From Chiloscyllium plagiosum (Eukaryota): a DNA stretch of 64,000 nt. Where the stretch lies: assembly GCF_004010195.1 (NCBI RefSeq), contig NC_057749.1:14601429-14665428 (forward strand), written 5' to 3'. The notes beneath the pieces were generated by a model. The model was not told the DNA's origin, searched no databases, and worked only from the letters and a program-made list of their open reading frames with translations. Each line of letters begins with the position of its first letter. The first letter of the stretch is position 1. Positions 50,201 to 62,149 of this stretch are shown piece after piece. A program made the position numbers and the translations under genes.

Positions 50201-51785
50201 ATGTATGTACATCGATTTTGTACGTTCTTCTAGTTCCCTCACTACATCTGTGAAGGGTATAGCTTTGTTCTAGTCTGCTGGTCTCTCCTCAGTCCTTTAT
50301 CTCAGTGGTTTAAGAAGTGATACTGGTGAGTTATTTGACTACAGCTAGTAATATGGCACTGTAGCTGAATTATTGTAATCACAATCTCGAGACTTGAGCT
50401 TATGATCCAGAGACAATGTATATAGAGCCTACCACAACAGCTAAGAAATTTTAATTCAGTCAGTCAAATAAGTCTGGAACAGAGAGATGGTGGTAACAGT
50501 GGCAACCAACTGTATTGCTGTATTGAATTGCCTGTATTGCTGGAAAAACCAATCTGATTCATTAATGTCCTGAGGGGAAGGAATTCTGCCATCCTTAACC
50601 ACTGTGGGCTACAACACGATAACCACAGTGATGTGGTGGACTCCACTACTCAACCTTCATCAATCTTCTTTGTCACTTCTTCGAAAGACTCAATCAAGTT
50701 AGTGTGACACAATTTCCCACACATGCCAACTACCCATAATCAGTCCTTGCCTTTCCAAACTATTCTGTCAAATGGCTTAGCAAGACACCCAATTGTATGG
50801 AAGAAGGCAGCTCTCCCCCAGGTTGTTGGTGGCAACCAGGAATGGGAACTAAACATTGGTCTCATCAGCAACACCCATATTCTGTGAACAATGTTTTTGA
50901 AGAAGTGTCTTTTTTGATCCACAGTCATGAAAGAAAGGAGGTTGCAATGCACTCCGTTTTTAAAGTAGAGTTATGTAAAAACCTGTTAAGCTTTTCTGTG
51001 GAAGTGACTGTTTTGCTTTAATACCTTAACCTGCGGATTTGCTATAATGTCTGTGACATTTTGGGCTGCTACTCATCTACTAGTCTGTAAGAAGCTTTAA
51101 TTGGACTTTATTGTATTATCCATGTGGTTGTTAATTGTGTTTGGCTGAGCAGTGATAACTGTGAAGTACAGGCACCCTGACAGGTACTAATTGTGAAACC
51201 AGCTGGATTGTAAAGTAATTTGTATTTTATATGATAGGTAACAAATTGAAAAGGACAACAAAGAGTCACATTGCTGTCACTTCCTCGTTGAATTGCAAGT
51301 GTTTAAAAACAAGGTTAATGAAAAATATCTGTCGAGATACATGTGCTTGCAGTGGAATGAAGATTAGCCAGTTTAAATGTCTTTAAAATGGTATATATCA
51401 TCCTTATTTGTGACACTTCCTTCCTGTCACATTGTCTTTTCACATCTTGTCACTACCATCTTTACTATTGCATTGTTGCTACTAAAGAAGTGATTGAGGT
51501 ATACAGCAAAGATGCATGGAAAGGGGAAGCTAGTTACGTATAAGAGGGAGAAAGGATAGAAAGTTATGCTGAAGGGGTTATGTGAAGGGGGATGGGTGGT
51601 GACAGGAGGCTTATTCAGGGCTTAAATGCCCACATAGACCAATTGGTCCGAATGGCCTCTTGACGTGCTGTTGTACCTAGGTAAAGCACCAGACCTCAGA
51701 CTCGGCATGAACATGCCTCGCAGATTCACTGAGGTTATGAAAAATATAGTCTGAAATTCCCCGTACACCACATATCACATATCAC

Positions 51786-52752
51786 TATAAAATTCACTAA
51801 AGAGGAAGAAAACAACAACAAACTGCCATTCCTAGATGTCACAGTAGAGCGAAGAGCCAATGGGGAACTTCAAACCAGCGCCTACAGGAAAACATCACAT
51901 ACGGACCAAATATTGAACTACAGAAGCAATCAACCCAACATCCACAAACGTAGCTGTATCAGAACATTATTTCAATGATCCACCACACACTACAGCACAG
52001 AGGAACTATGCAGAGCAGAGGAAAATCGCCTATACAGTGTTTTCAAAAAGAATGGGTAGCCAATGATCACAGTCCGCAACAAACCCAAACAAGCAGACAA
52101 AACGCATCCAGAAACCACAGCCACTCACCCTTATATCAAAGACATCTCAAAAATGACTGCCAGACTACTTAGACCTCTTGGCATCATGGTAGCCCACAAA
52201 CCCACCAACACACTAAAACAGCAGCTAATGAACTTGAAAGACCCTATACAGACAACAAGCAAAACTAATGTCATTTACAAAATACTGTGCAAGAAGTGTA
52301 ACAGACACTACATTGGACAAACAGCCACCAAGATATATGAACATCAACTAGTCACAAAACGACATGACCCACTCTCACTAGTATCCTTACATACAGATAA
52401 GGAAGGACACCACTTTGACTGGGACAACACATCCATCCTAGGACAAGCCAAACAGAGACATGCACGAGAATTCCTAGAAGCATGGCATTCCAACTAGAAC
52501 TCTATCAACACAAACATTGACTTGGACCCTATTTACCACCCCCTGAGTATAAGAACAGGAAATGACATTACCACAGGAAATGACATTACCATAGGAAATG
52601 ACATCACCAACCCAAGGAAACCCAAACACATAAATAGAAAGCAGAAAACACGAGCAGTGCTTCGTCCAGAGGCTCACTGAAAATGTTACCTAGTAGGGTG
52701 ATGAAATGTCTGAAAATGAACCTTCCAGCTCAGCGTGCAAACCTACATCAAG
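51786..52752 (+). mobile_element. 5'-truncated Penelope-like element (Poseidon-like)
   Basis: IKFTKEEENNNKLPFLDV...YRKTSHT RT remnant, GIY-YIG NVIYKILCKKCNRHYIGQT, three 18-bp repeats at ~52555-52608, decayed hammerhead at ~52676, ACATATCAC on both flanks. Confidence 0.88.
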
Positions 52753-54344
52753 ACATATCACCCTTTGCCTTCTCCCTCAGGTTAAACTCACCACTAATTA
52801 TCTCTGATGAGAGACCAACCTGATGGTCCTCTGGGACTATACCTTTACATTTTACCTCGCAAAATACTGGAGTCAGAATATCTGCAGCCTGTTAACTGAG
52901 CTATGTATGAGCCTTATAATGATTTAATGAAAACAACTTCATCCTTTGAAAAATATACATTTTTTAATCCTTTCATGGGGTGTGAGTGACGATTACAAGG
53001 CCAGCCTTTATTGGTTATTTCTAATTGACCACGAGAAGATGGCGATGAGCTGCCTTCTTGAACCACTGCAGTCTACTGTTAATCCAGACTTTACATGGTA
53101 TAATGCTCCTAAGCCTATAAACTAGTCCTATGGGCATTTCCTTCTCTGTCATGCTCCAAATGTCACAACATAATTTTCTGTTCTACTTTCAAAAAGGAAA
53201 TGTAAAATGAAAGTAGACTCTGACACTTCCAATGTCAAGGCTGACAACTACTGCACCCAGTGCATTTCTATCATACTTTATGCATTAGATTTTAAAATGT
53301 GACAAGTAAAATAAAATGAGAAAGAAATCCAATCTCAAAACACACAGTAGGACTGTTGGCAGTGACTGTGCCATGGATATCTTTATAGGGTTTGTACAGT
53401 TGGGCCAAGACTTACTGGAGTTTCATCCAGAATTTAATTCATTGGTGTTTCACGTAAGCTATCCTTAGTACGAATCACTCTGTTGTGCAGCAGTGTACAG
53501 TGCTGTCAAAAGAAAGCAGCTTGTATTTTGCACCAGGAATTGTGCACTAAAGACATTTTTCCAGATGCATTGTGATCGTGCTCCAGATATAGACTAGAGG
53601 AATTCACACGCTCACACACGCTCACACACGCACGTCAATTTGAATTAAGTATCCCCATTCAATTTCCAAACCTTCTTCATCCACACTGTAGGCAATCTAA
53701 TCTGATCATCTGTGTCTGTGTGTGTGTGTGTGTTTTTGAATTCCTCTAGGTATATCTGGAGGACAATCACAATGCATTTGGAAAGATGTCTTTGTTTCAC
53801 AATATTCCATTAAAACTTTTTGACAAAATTCTGTTCTAATATCTCTTTAGATAGTTTCTTTGACAATACCTTCATCTTTTGACAGCACCTTCCAAAGCCA
53901 CAGCCCTTATCATCTCGAAGGACCAGGGCACTAGATTCATGATGTCACAACCCTAATGGGAAAGATGCACTGGAAATGAAGCTCCACTATTCCATGAGTC
54001 ATCATAAATGTATAAATGACCAATTTAATCGATAAGATGGTTATTTTGCCTGTCTTTGACCATTATCTTAGAATAAAAAAAGTCTAGCACCAAGTTGCAT
54101 CAAGAAACCAAAATATATTTATTTTAATAATCTTATCCTTTAACAAATGGCAAAATGTTAGTTAGTGATGTTATTAGTTGCTAATATGCAAACTTAAACT
54201 ATAGCCTCATTAAATCCAAACGTGTGCACATGCATTCAAAAACATGACAGACAAGCCGTACAGTTCTGCAGGAATATCTCAAATGGAAAGCAGGCAGAAA
54301 GGAACAAGTTTGTAGATCAAGAGACCAAACCGTGAAGGGTAGAG

Positions 54345-54478
54345 TAAAAAAACGAAGGAACTGCGGATGATGGAAATCAGAAACAAAGACAGAAATTGAT
54401 GGAAAAACTCAGCAGGTCTGGCCGGATCTGAAGAGAAATCAGAGTTAATGTTTTGGGTTTAATGACCCTTCCTCAGGA
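54345..54478 (-). mobile_element. PLE tail remnant
   Basis: Reverse complement of the 48258 family. Confidence 0.6.
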
Positions 54479-54654
54479 GGGATGAATGATGTGACTTTCT
54501 AAGTTCTTTTAGTTTCTGGCACTGACCAATGTCACATCGTTGTTGACTGTAGCTAGTCAGTCAGATTGGGGTTTTTGCTTGAATTAGAGATTCTTCCTGT
54601 TAGAGTCTTTGAATGCCATTTCTTTCTTCCCCCCACTGTATGAGAGAGAGAGAG

Positions 54655-55380
54655 AATCATAGAATTGTACATCATGGAAACAGATCCTTCTGTCCATCTC
54701 GTCCATGCTGACCAGATATCCTAAACTTATCCTGTCCCATTTGCCAGCATTTGGTCCATATCCCTCTAAACCTTCCTATTCATGTACCCATCCAGATGCC
54801 TTTTAAATGTTGTAATTGTACCCATCTCCATTACTTCCTCTGACAGCTCATTCCATACATGTCAACCCTTTGCGTGAAAAAGTTGTCCCTTGGGTCCCTT
54901 TTAAATCATTCCTCTCTTACCCTAAACCTTTGCCATCTAGTTCTGGACACCCCCAATCCAGGGAAAAGACCTTGTGTATTTACCTTATCCATGCCCCTCA
55001 TGATTTTATAAACCTCTATAAGGTCACCCCAATTTGTACCAGCCTCCACCACACAAGCACCACCCTCTGTGTGAAAACGTTGCCCCATAAGTTCCTTTTA
55101 AATCTTTCCCACTCATTCTACACCCCTACCCTGGGGAAAAGACCTTGTCTATTCACCCTATCTATGCCCCTCATAACTTTATAAACCTTGATAAGGTCAC
55201 CCCTCAGCCTCTGATGCTCCAGAGAAAATAGCCCCAGCCTATTCAGCCTCTCCTTATAAGTCAAACCCACCATCCCTGGTAACATCCTTGTAAATCTTTT
55301 CTGAACCCTTTTAAGTTTAACAACACCTTTCCTATAGCAGGGAGACCAGAATGTAGTATTCTCAATCTCCTGTACAGCCA
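54655..55380 (-). mobile_element. CR1 LINE 3' fragments (internally duplicated)
   Basis: GDLIEVYKIMRGMDKV segment occurs twice. Confidence 0.8.
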
Positions 55381-55994
55381 GTGTTTCTCAGTTCTGTGAG
55401 AAATTGTAACTTAAAGCAAATTTAAAAGCTGTTGCTGGGCATTTTTCTTTTCAACTCAAAGGGACCTGGTGCCAGTTAGTTTCACAAAAGTATCAAATCC
55501 AGCTTTTCTAAAAGTGAAATCCTTTTGTGTAACCAGTAAGTAAACAGCATAGAATGTTGCTTTTCCTTCAGGTTATAAAAAGAACTCTTCATTCCCTGCA
55601 ACATCGCAGTCCAAACTTCCATTTTTCCAGGTTATATTTCGAAAAAGAAATCTTCACAAAGGGAAAGCCACCACTTGCAAATTCCCCTCTGAGCCACAAA
55701 CCATCCTGACTTGGAAATATTCTGTCGTTTCTTCGTTGTCAGTGAGTCAAAATCGTCAAACTCCCTTTTGTAATGGCACAATGGTAACTGTATGCTGCAT
55801 GGACTGCCTGAAAGCAACTCGCCACCACCTTCTGCAGGGCATTAAGGGATGGACAATAAAAGCGGGCACGCCCAACAATACCCTGAGCCAATTATTTTTT
55901 AAAAGTCTATTGTGAAGTTTTATTTGGTTACAGCCCTGTAAGAGCTTCGGGGATGATTTCCTGTGCTAAAAGGTGCTCTCTAAATGCACAATCA

Positions 55995-56178
55995 AAACCG
56001 TGGATGCTGTAAATCAGAAACAAAAAGAGAAATTGCTGGAAAAGCTCAGCAGACCTGGCAGCATCTGTGGAGAGAAAACAGAGGTAGGGTCCCTGGACCC
56101 GAAACGTTAACTCTGATTTCTCTCCACAGATGCTGCCAAACCTGCTGAGCTTTTCCAGCAGTTTCTGTTTTTGTTTCT
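55995..56178. mobile_element. Palindromic PLE tail remnant
   Basis: About 68-bp inverted arms around GGGTCCCTGGACCCGAAACGTTAA (stem II plus GAAA; CUGANGA lost). Confidence 0.7.
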
Positions 56179-57599
56179 AAATAAAATACACATTGTTCTC
56201 CAAATACAGCAGTGATTCTCAGGTTCCTTCTTGTCCACTGTGCTGAGTATCACATTCAAATGTTAAACTCAGTTTCCAGTCAATACATAGAATGTAAATC
56301 AGAACAGCACTGGAACGAGCCCTTCGGCCCACGATATTGTGCCAAACATGATGCCAAATTAAATTAATCCCTTCTGCCTGCCCTTGGTCCATATCTTTCC
56401 ATTCCCTGCATCAAGCTAAATGCCACTGCTCATTTGTCATATATTGCTTGCTAATTTCCCTTACCTATTTTTGCACTGGGACTGAGGGAGTTAATAGTGC
56501 TTATACAACTTACTACCTCTAGGATCTTATGCTCATTTAAACATATCTACGTTTTCAAAGATATGAAGAGATAGAAGAAATTCAATTACTTGTGCCAGAC
56601 ATGGGTTATCAGCTCTATAAATGAGGATGTGATACCATAAAGCACATAGCGTGAGATCAGGGGTGTGATACTTTAATAAGATTTACTGAGCATTCAGGGC
56701 TAGCAGTAGGCCACTGGTATCCTGAGGCTTTTCAAACAATGATGGACGCACATCTCATTAGCTTCCCAGAACAAACCTGACATCAGTGTCTCAGTCAGAC
56801 CACTTTCAAACAGGACTGATCACTTCAAGAGGGTTTTAACCAGTTCTGATAGTCCGGCAGAGTGATGCAGGTAGAGAAGGCTGGTGACTGAGGTTAATGC
56901 TTAATTCAATATAAACAAGTCCACTTCTGATTCTGGTGAAACGTGCTTCAATGGGTGTGAAATGATTTTTCTCTCCCGCGAGCTCAGCCAGGACTGACCC
57001 AGTGACATTTGGCCTCCATACACTGGACCGACCTGGAGTTGGGAAGGGAAGAATCCACCAAGATTCTCACGTTAATCATACAATAATGATTCTTGGGAAT
57101 GCCATGCAAAGGTAAGATCACGTAAACACAGAAATCAGGGTAAGGAATTCTATCATGTTACCCTCTTCCATAAAGATGTTAATGGAGTGCCATGTGATCC
57201 GATAGCCTAGCACAACTGCAGATTGAGCCTAAGATCATTGTGCCTTTAAGAATTCATTGCAACGGAGGATTATGTCTTAATTCTCCATTTAGGTTTTGTG
57301 ATGATTGTAACTTTTATTTGGGGTGTGTCCACATTGACATCTGGTCAATCATACTATTTGTTAGTGTCATTGTTAAGTTCAGGGTGGGGGAATATTATTT
57401 GTTTTTGAGTGCATTTAAATAGAGAACAGCAGCGACACTGGATGGTTGCTGAGAACTGTGAGACTGAGCAAGTTAATAAACTCTCTCCACGAAGAAAGCA
57501 TGAGCATCTCGATTTCACCAGCTGGCTTGGATTTTACTAGCAAACTACAGTACAGCAGAATGGCAACAGTATTCTCTTCATAATCCAAACTGGATTTTT

Positions 57600-57925
57600 C
57601 TTTATTCATTGGTGGAATGTCAGCATCACTGGCTAGACCAGCATTTATTGCCCAAAGGGCAGTTAAGAGTCAACCACATTGCTGTGGGTCTGAAGTCACA
57701 TGCAGGCCAAACCAGGTAAAGACAGCAGTTTCCTTCTCTAAAGAACATTAGTAAGCCAGACAGTTTTTTCCAACAATTGACAGCAGTTTCATGATCATCA
57801 TTAGACTGTTTTAAAAATTTATTTCAAATGCCACCATGGCAGGATTTGACCCCAGGTCCCCAGAACATTGCCAGGGTCTCTGGATTAAAAATCTAGCAAT
57901 AATGCTACTAAAACATTGCCTCCAT
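57600..57925 (-). mobile_element. Head+tail SINE-like derivative of the tRNA-headed LINE
   Basis: Reverse complement matches 9080-9420. Confidence 0.7.
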
Positions 57926-58464
57926 AAAACACATGGACAATCCCGAGTAAATTAAAGAAGCCACCTGAAAGTCTCTTTAGTTTTGGATGAAGGTACAAAA
58001 TGAAATTAAATAGCCTTTTTGGTGAAGAAACCAATACATATACATGAGTAGTGTGATTGGTGGAGCAGTGAGACTTGATAAACAGTGCCCTCCTCCCATC
58101 ACAATTCTGATGCCACCCAAAACCAGTTTTTACATTTATTTCAGTTGATCCATTTGGGCACAATGATAGTGCCACATTTCACAAAAGAGGGTATCCTCAA
58201 TGTGGAGGCAGGGATGGTGACCATGTTGCCTGGGAAATGGACGCTCAGGTATAACTGTGCGAGATGACTTTCGGGCTGTTGCCTGATAGTCTGAGGGGAG
58301 TAACTCACAACTTTGACACAGGCCTCCACATGTTCATAAGGAGGGTTTTGCAAGGTTGACAGCGTTCCGCATACTGCTGGGTGGTCCATCTGCTTTCATT
58401 CTTTTTAACAGTAAAGTAACATTACCAGTTTCTTACCAGACTGTAAGGCTGCTCTCCATTGTAG

Positions 58465-58691
58465 AGAGCTGAAAATGTGTTGCTGGAAAAGCGCAGCAGG
58501 TCAGGCAGCATCCAAGGAACAGGAGAATCGACGTTTCAGGCATAAGCCCTTCTTCAGGAATCCTGAAGAAGGGCTTATGCCCGAAACGTCGATTCTCCTG
58601 TTCCTTGGATGCTGCCTGACCTGCTGTGCTTTTCTAGCAACACATTTTCAGCTCTGATCTCCAGCATCTGCAGTCCTCACTTTCTCCTCCT
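58465..58691. mobile_element. Palindromic PLE-derived insertion with two opposed hammerhead motifs
   Basis: 95-bp inverted arms (58465-58559 and 58561-58655, 3 mismatches); 10-bp TSD TTGTAGAGAG (58459-58468 and 58692-58701). Confidence 0.88.
58558..58595 (+). ncRNA. Minimal type I hammerhead ribozyme motif
   Basis: GAAUC-CUGAAGA-A-GGGC/UUAU/GCCC-GAAA-C-GUC-GAUUC: perfect 5-bp stem I, 4-bp stem II, palindromic ACGU, GUC cleavage triplet ending at 58590. Confidence 0.78.
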
Positions 58692-59574
58692 TTGTAGAGA
58701 GACAACTGAAGGGGAGTGTTAACCTGAGAGTCACCACACTAGAGGCAAGGGCTGAGGTTAAGAAGATGACTTCAGCTGGAGCAGGATTTGAACCCATTCT
58801 GCGTTGGCAACCAGCTGTCCAGACAACTGAGCTAACCTATCTGGCCTTTTTTATACAATTGAACAACTTGATAACCCATTTTACACAGCAGTGAACAAGT
58901 AACCAGACTGCTGATTAATTGGACCTTTGGTGAATTTCTGTACTGCATATTGCTGGTGGTACACACCGCTGTTACTGATTAGATAGATTAGATTAGAGGT
59001 GATGGCGGCAAATGTTTCTTTGCTAAAGTCCAATAGTGAAACAGCTGGGATTTTGTAACAATCACCATGGTTACATGGTTACTATTGGCCAGCTTTTCAT
59101 TCCAGACTTATAAAATGAAAGGAATTCAAATTTCACCATCTGTTGAGATTCCAGCCCATCTCCCCAGAGTATTAGCATTGGTGCTATGGAAATGCAAATC
59201 TCCTCTCATAAGTTAACATTAATACTTTAGTTAACAAAATCACACAATTTCAACTTCACTTGGATTCTCTTCTAGACAAGTCGACACAGTTGCACACTCA
59301 CACGCACATTGCTCGCTTACACACACACATACACACACAATCTCACATACACACAAAACATCATACTATTTTAGTGACAATATCACACTCCTATAAATGA
59401 CTTGGATGGGTTTACACATGTATATTATATTATGTGTACCTATCCTCCACTGACTGCAGTTTGCTGGAGTTGTTACCCTGTTCCGATTAGGGCAAGTTGC
59501 TTTAGCCTCTGTTAAGAGTTCTGTCTCCTCTGGTTCAAAGAAGCTTTTTCAACTAGATGCGTAGACTAACATAA

Positions 59575-60110
59575 TTCACACCGTGCAAGTCAGGAGTGTG
59601 ATGGAATACTCCCTACTTGCCTGGATGTGTGTAGCTCCAACAACATTCAAGAAGCTTAACACCATCCAGGACAAAGCAGCCCACTTGATTGGCAGCACAT
59701 TAACAAACGTCCATTTCCTCCACCATCGACGTTCAGTAACAGCGGTGTGTACCACCTGCAATATGCAGTACAGAAATTCACCAAAGGTCCTCAGACAGCA
59801 CCTTCCAAATCATGACCACTTCCAACTAGAGGGACATAGGCAGCAGATACATGGGAACACCACCCCCTTCAAGTTTTCCTCCAAACCTCTCATCGTCCTG
59901 ACTTGGAAATACGAGACCATTCCTTCACTCTCACGGGGTTAAAATCTTGGAGTTCTCTTCCTAACAGGATTGTGGGTCAACCTACAGCACTTAAACTGCA
60001 GTGGTTCAAGAACGCAGCTCAACACCACCTTCTCTGAGGGCAACTAGGGGTGGGCAATAAATGCTGGCCCAGCCAGAGATGTCCACATCAGCTCCCCTGA
60101 TTGAATTAGA
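59575..60110 (+). mobile_element. 3' fragment of the tRNA-headed LINE family
   Basis: QVRSVMEYSLLAWM...KKLNTIQDKAAHLIG...LHHRRSVTAVC followed by the GGGCAATAAATGCTGGCC tail. Confidence 0.8.
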
Positions 60111-60899
60111 AAAAGATCCATCAATTTGACTGACACAATGATGTCAATGAACATGCTGAGTGTGACCCAGTTCTGTGAAGAACTAGTCAAAGAATCCGCA
60201 ATGTCAGAACTCAGTTCTTCAATGTGTGAGAGTGTTACACTCTAGTGCATGCAGGTAGGAGCGCAGTTAATGGGCAACAAGACTCCGGGATGCCATTGTG
60301 TCAACATCAAGTCATATGCATTTGCCAGGACACGTGGAAGTGGGCCTATTCTATCCAAGGAAGGTCAGTGCTGGACTTTACAGAATAAATCTTCAGACTA
60401 GAATTGTATGGAGTATTTCTTCTACGGAGCTGAACTGAAAATCAGTTAGTGTGTCTCAATGGTTTGTTGCCTTTAATGTCAGATGTCTAATATAATTCTG
60501 TAACCAGCGTGATGCTAACCTTTCAAGAAATGAAACATGCCATGCTTCCTTTTTAGTTGGGAGCTATAAATGTCAAATTTAATTCATAAATTGGGGAGGA
60601 AAAGTGAAGAGATTTAATTCATCGATTCATCGAGAATTGCCTAAATGGATGTGGGCTGAGATGACAGCGCAAATCTTAGAGTCAAAACAATCTTTAGTTC
60701 CTTTAGTCTTCAGTTGACACGATATTAATCATAGGATTATAGTTCGCCACAGTCCAAAAGAAAGCCATTTGGCCCATTGTTATAATGCTGCTTGCCTGCA
60801 AGAACAACTGAGCAAGATGCTGGAGATAAGCAGAATAATCTCATAAATATAGATGATAAATACATGTAATGTATAGGGGAGCAGATACATGGGAGCACC

Positions 60900-61205
60900 A
60901 GCATGGTGGCTCAATGGCTAGCACAGCTGCCTCACAGTATGAGGGGTGTGGGTTCAATTCCAACCTTGGGCAACTCTCTGTGTGGAGTTTGCATGTTCTC
61001 CCTGTGGCTGCATGGGTTTCCTCCCACAGTCCAAAAATGTGCAGGTTAGCTGGATTGGCCGTGGGTAATTGCCTGTAGTGTCCAGAGATGTGCAGGCTAG
61101 GTGGGTTAGCCATGGGAAATGCAGAGTTACAGGACTGGGGTGGGATGCTCTTTGGAGGGTTGGTGTGGACTTGATGGACTGAATGGCCTGCTTCCACACT
61201 GTAGG
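60900..61205 (+). mobile_element. HE1-like SINE inserted in a LINE tail
   Basis: GGTGGCTCAATGGCTAGC...GGGTTCAATTCC head; the LINE tail resumes at ~61220-61410. Confidence 0.75.
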
Positions 61206-61889
61206 GTTTTTATTATAGTTGCCATTCTGACTGGAAATGTATCATTGTTCCTTCACTGTTGCTGGGCCAAAATCCTGGAATTCCTTCCCTAATGGTGTTG
61301 TGGGACCACCTACAGCATATGGACAAGAAGGCAGCTCACCATCACCTTCTTGAGGGCAACTAGGGATGGGCAATAAATTCTGGTCCAGTCACCAAAGCCC
61401 CCATCCTACAAATTTCCCACCACTGATCCCTTAGCACTTCATTACAATTTGAGAACCTAAAATTACCCATTTGCCCTTTCTGTTTCCTGTATCTGTGTTA
61501 ATATACAGTATAACCATGAAAATCAGTAGAATCTCAAGAATAGCCTTTCATCTGATCACATTAAATTGCTTTTGGAAATCCAAACATGCTACATCTACAG
61601 TTATCTTTCATCCTTCCTGATTGTTACTTTGTCAAAAAATATCAACAGATTTGCCAAAGATGTCATGTTGACTCTACCTGATTATATGAAGAAATTCAAC
61701 AGGCCATGAGTGACTACACATTGTAAGTACTCCATTGGCTGTTTAAGTACTTGAGGATGCCATAAAAGGTGCTACGGAAATACATGTTTTTCTCTCATGA
61801 GTTAATATTGACCTATTGGTTAGCAAAATCATGCAACTTCAACCTCACTTGGATCAATTTATAGTCAAAGACGGTTGCCCCATCCAAGT

Positions 61890-62130
61890 CCACACAGTTA
61901 CACTCTCACAAACACAAACACACTTATGTACATACACACTGACAAACACATACACACAATCACAGACATACACAGCCCCAATCTCACACACACACCCAAT
62001 CGCAGACACACACATGCACTCTTTCTCTCACACACAGACACACTCTCCCAATATCTCTCTCTCACTCACGCACACACACACCCACACACGCGCACACCTG
62101 CACACGCACACGCACAGGCACATACACAGG
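61890..62130. repeat. CA-rich low-complexity tract
   Basis: Degenerate (CA)n; similar tracts at 59295-59355 and 63270-63440; (TG)n at 28426-28447 and 53711-53733. Confidence 0.85.
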
Positions 62131-62149
62131 TACAAATCTGTAGATCAAG

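Noticed and set aside
58465..58655. miRNA precursor or DNA-transposon MITE
   Set aside because: Arms are PLE tail sequence, one side has an extra unpaired tail, and TSD lengths vary among relatives.
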